The notes under the pieces are model-generated. The model ran no database searches, was not told the DNA's origin, and saw only the letters and a program-made list of their open reading frames with translations. 64,000 bases of DNA from an uncultured Prevotella sp. (lineage in GTDB: Bacteria > Bacteroidota > Bacteroidia > Bacteroidales > Bacteroidaceae): contig CALFGU010000117.1 in NCBI GenBank assembly GCA_937877685.1, positions 18,404-82,403 on the forward strand, in the 5' to 3' direction. Positions within the stretch are counted from its first letter, which is position 1; each line of letters begins with the position of its first letter. The position numbers and the translations under genes are program-made. Positions 62,547 to 64,000 of this stretch are shown piece by piece.

Positions 62547-63704
62547 TTACTTCAGCTGTTCTACGAAGAAGTTTGAAATGCGTGTGAAGAGATGGTAACG
62601 TGTTTGTCCGCCATTGATGAAGTGGTTGCGGTTGGTGTAAATCTGCATGTCAAACTGCTTGCCGTTTTGCACGTAAGCTTCAGCCACTTCAGTGCAGTTG
62701 CGGTAGTGGACGTTGTCATCAGCCGTGCCGTGAATGAGGAGGAGGTTGCCGTGGAGGTTGGCTGCGCGCTGGATGGGGTTGATGGCATAGCCTTCGGCAT
62801 TTTCAGCGGGCGTGCGCATGTAACGTTCGGTATAAACGGTGTCGTAATATTTCCAGTTGGAGGGTGCGGCAACGGCTACACCTGCCTTGAAGACGGGGCG
62901 ACCTTCGGACATGGCCATGAGGGTGTTGAATCCTCCGAAACTCCATCCCCAAATGGCGATGTTTTGAGCGTCGACATAGGGGAGCGAACCCAGGTAAATG
63001 GCGGTTTCAACTTGGTCGTGAGATTCGAGTTCGCCAAGGCGAAGGTAGGTGCATTTCTCAAATTCTGAACCGCGAGCGCCTGTGCCTCGACCGTCAACAC
63101 ACACGAAGATGAAACCCTGTTGCGCCATGTAACTTTCGTAGAGTGCTCCGCCGTACATGCCTTGATTCCAAGAGTCGGTGACTTCCTGAGAACCCGGTCC
63201 TGAATACTGATACATTATGACGGGGTATTTCTTTGAAGCGTCGAAATCACGGGGTTTGACCATCCAACCATTGAGGTTTACGCCGTCGGCCGTTGTGAAG
63301 GTGAAGAATTCCACCTTTCCGCTCAAGGCATTGACCTTTTGGCGGAGGTCGGCATTGTCGACGAGAGTGGTGAGCTTCTTGCCCGATTCATCGTAGAGGG
63401 TAGTGACGGGAGGAACGCCTGCTGCGGAATATACGTTCATGAAGTACTTGAAATTCTTAGAGAACGTTGCCGCATTGGTGCCTACAGCGGTGGAGAGCTT
63501 TGTGGTCTTTCCCTTCTTATCTGTAGCATAAACGGCGCGGCGCAAGGGACTTTCTTGGCATGAAGCGTAGTAACACTTGCCTGTGGTAGGGTTGTAACCG
63601 TAGAAGGCAGTGACGTCGAAATTGCCACTGGTCACTTGGCGCATGAGTTGACCGTTGAGATTGTAGAGGTAGATGTGGCGGAAGTTGCTACGGTCAGAAA
63701 CCAT
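62547..63704 (-). CDS. Dipeptidyl peptidase IV (S9B), C-terminal portion only
   Basis: GWSFGG, HGTADDNVH and NRNH triad motifs; begins mid-propeller (MVSDRSNFRHIYLY) with no signal peptide. Confidence 0.85.
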   Translation of the reverse strand: MVSDRSNFRHIYLYNLNGQLMRQVTSGNFDVTAFYGYNPTTGKCYYASCQESPLRRAVYATDKKGKTTKLSTAVGTNAATFSKNFKYFMNVYSAAGVPPVTTLYDESGKKLTTLVDNADLRQKVNALSGKVEFFTFTTADGVNLNGWMVKPRDFDASKKYPVIMYQYSGPGSQEVTDSWNQGMYGGALYESYMAQQGFIFVCVDGRGTGARGSEFEKCTYLRLGELESHDQVETAIYLGSLPYVDAQNIAIWGWSFGGFNTLMAMSEGRPVFKAGVAVAAPSNWKYYDTVYTERYMRTPAENAEGYAINPIQRAANLHGNLLLIHGTADDNVHYRNCTEVAEAYVQNGKQFDMQIYTNRNHFINGGQTRYHLFTRISNFFVEQLK

Positions 63705-64000
63705 ATTTGGTATCAGGACGTAATCCTGAAGTGCCTAACATGTGCCGTGAAGTGACTTTGTCTCACCAACAAGACTGGGTACGTGCTTGTAAGGAAGATC
63801 CTGCAACACGTGTGCCTTCAGCATCTGACTTTGCAGAAGCAGGTCCATTCAATGAAATGGTAGTAATGGGTGTGGTTGCTGTCCGCTTGCAGGGCTTGAA
63901 CCAAATTTTGGAATGGGACGGTGAAAAGATGGAATTCACCAATATCCCAGCTGATGCTACTGTACGTAGTGTCATCAAGGATGGTTTCAGCATCAAGGAT
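63701..64000 (+). CDS. Gfo/Idh/MocA oxidoreductase, internal C-terminal fragment with no 5' part
   Basis: Manual translation PYLVSGRNP...HQQDWVRACKE...SDFAEAGPFNEMVVMGVVAVRLQGLN...LEWDGEKMEFTN; open to the window end. Confidence 0.75.

Overview
Bacteroidales (Prevotellaceae/Alloprevotella-like) chromosomal window, inferred from gene content and TAnnTTTG -7 promoter motifs. Most of it is housekeeping: asnS, rluB, purB, prfC, rfbD, guaB, two PPIases, an OstA-like gene, dnaB, glgP, glycogen synthase, nagB, an RSH/relA gene, nudC, pgm, the acn-icd-gltA cluster, a DEAD-box helicase, a wza-like gene and yfcE. The main accessory region lies between dnaB and glgP (about 27.5-40.3 kb). It opens with inverted-repeat elements, followed by a Type I restriction-modification operon (hsdM-fic1-[remnant]-hsdS-orf770-fic2-hsdR) with cargo genes inside it, and ends in a deleted GH27 pseudogene. 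The best candidate for an undescribed system is the AT-rich 770-aa cargo ORF in the hsdS-hsdR slot where PrrC sits in EcoprrI. By motif reading it combines an Mrr-like nuclease domain, a winged helix and a PIN-like RNase domain, suggesting an RM-coupled back-up defence effector. Also notable are an orphan HprK-like kinase / S24-S26 peptidase / PqqD(RRE) cassette, a ccsA pseudogene, a MITE with a 9-bp target duplication, several REP-like repeat families, and an abrupt junction of two gene fragments at about 63.7 kb. No rRNA, tRNA or CRISPR array was seen. All family assignments are from motif recognition, not database searches.
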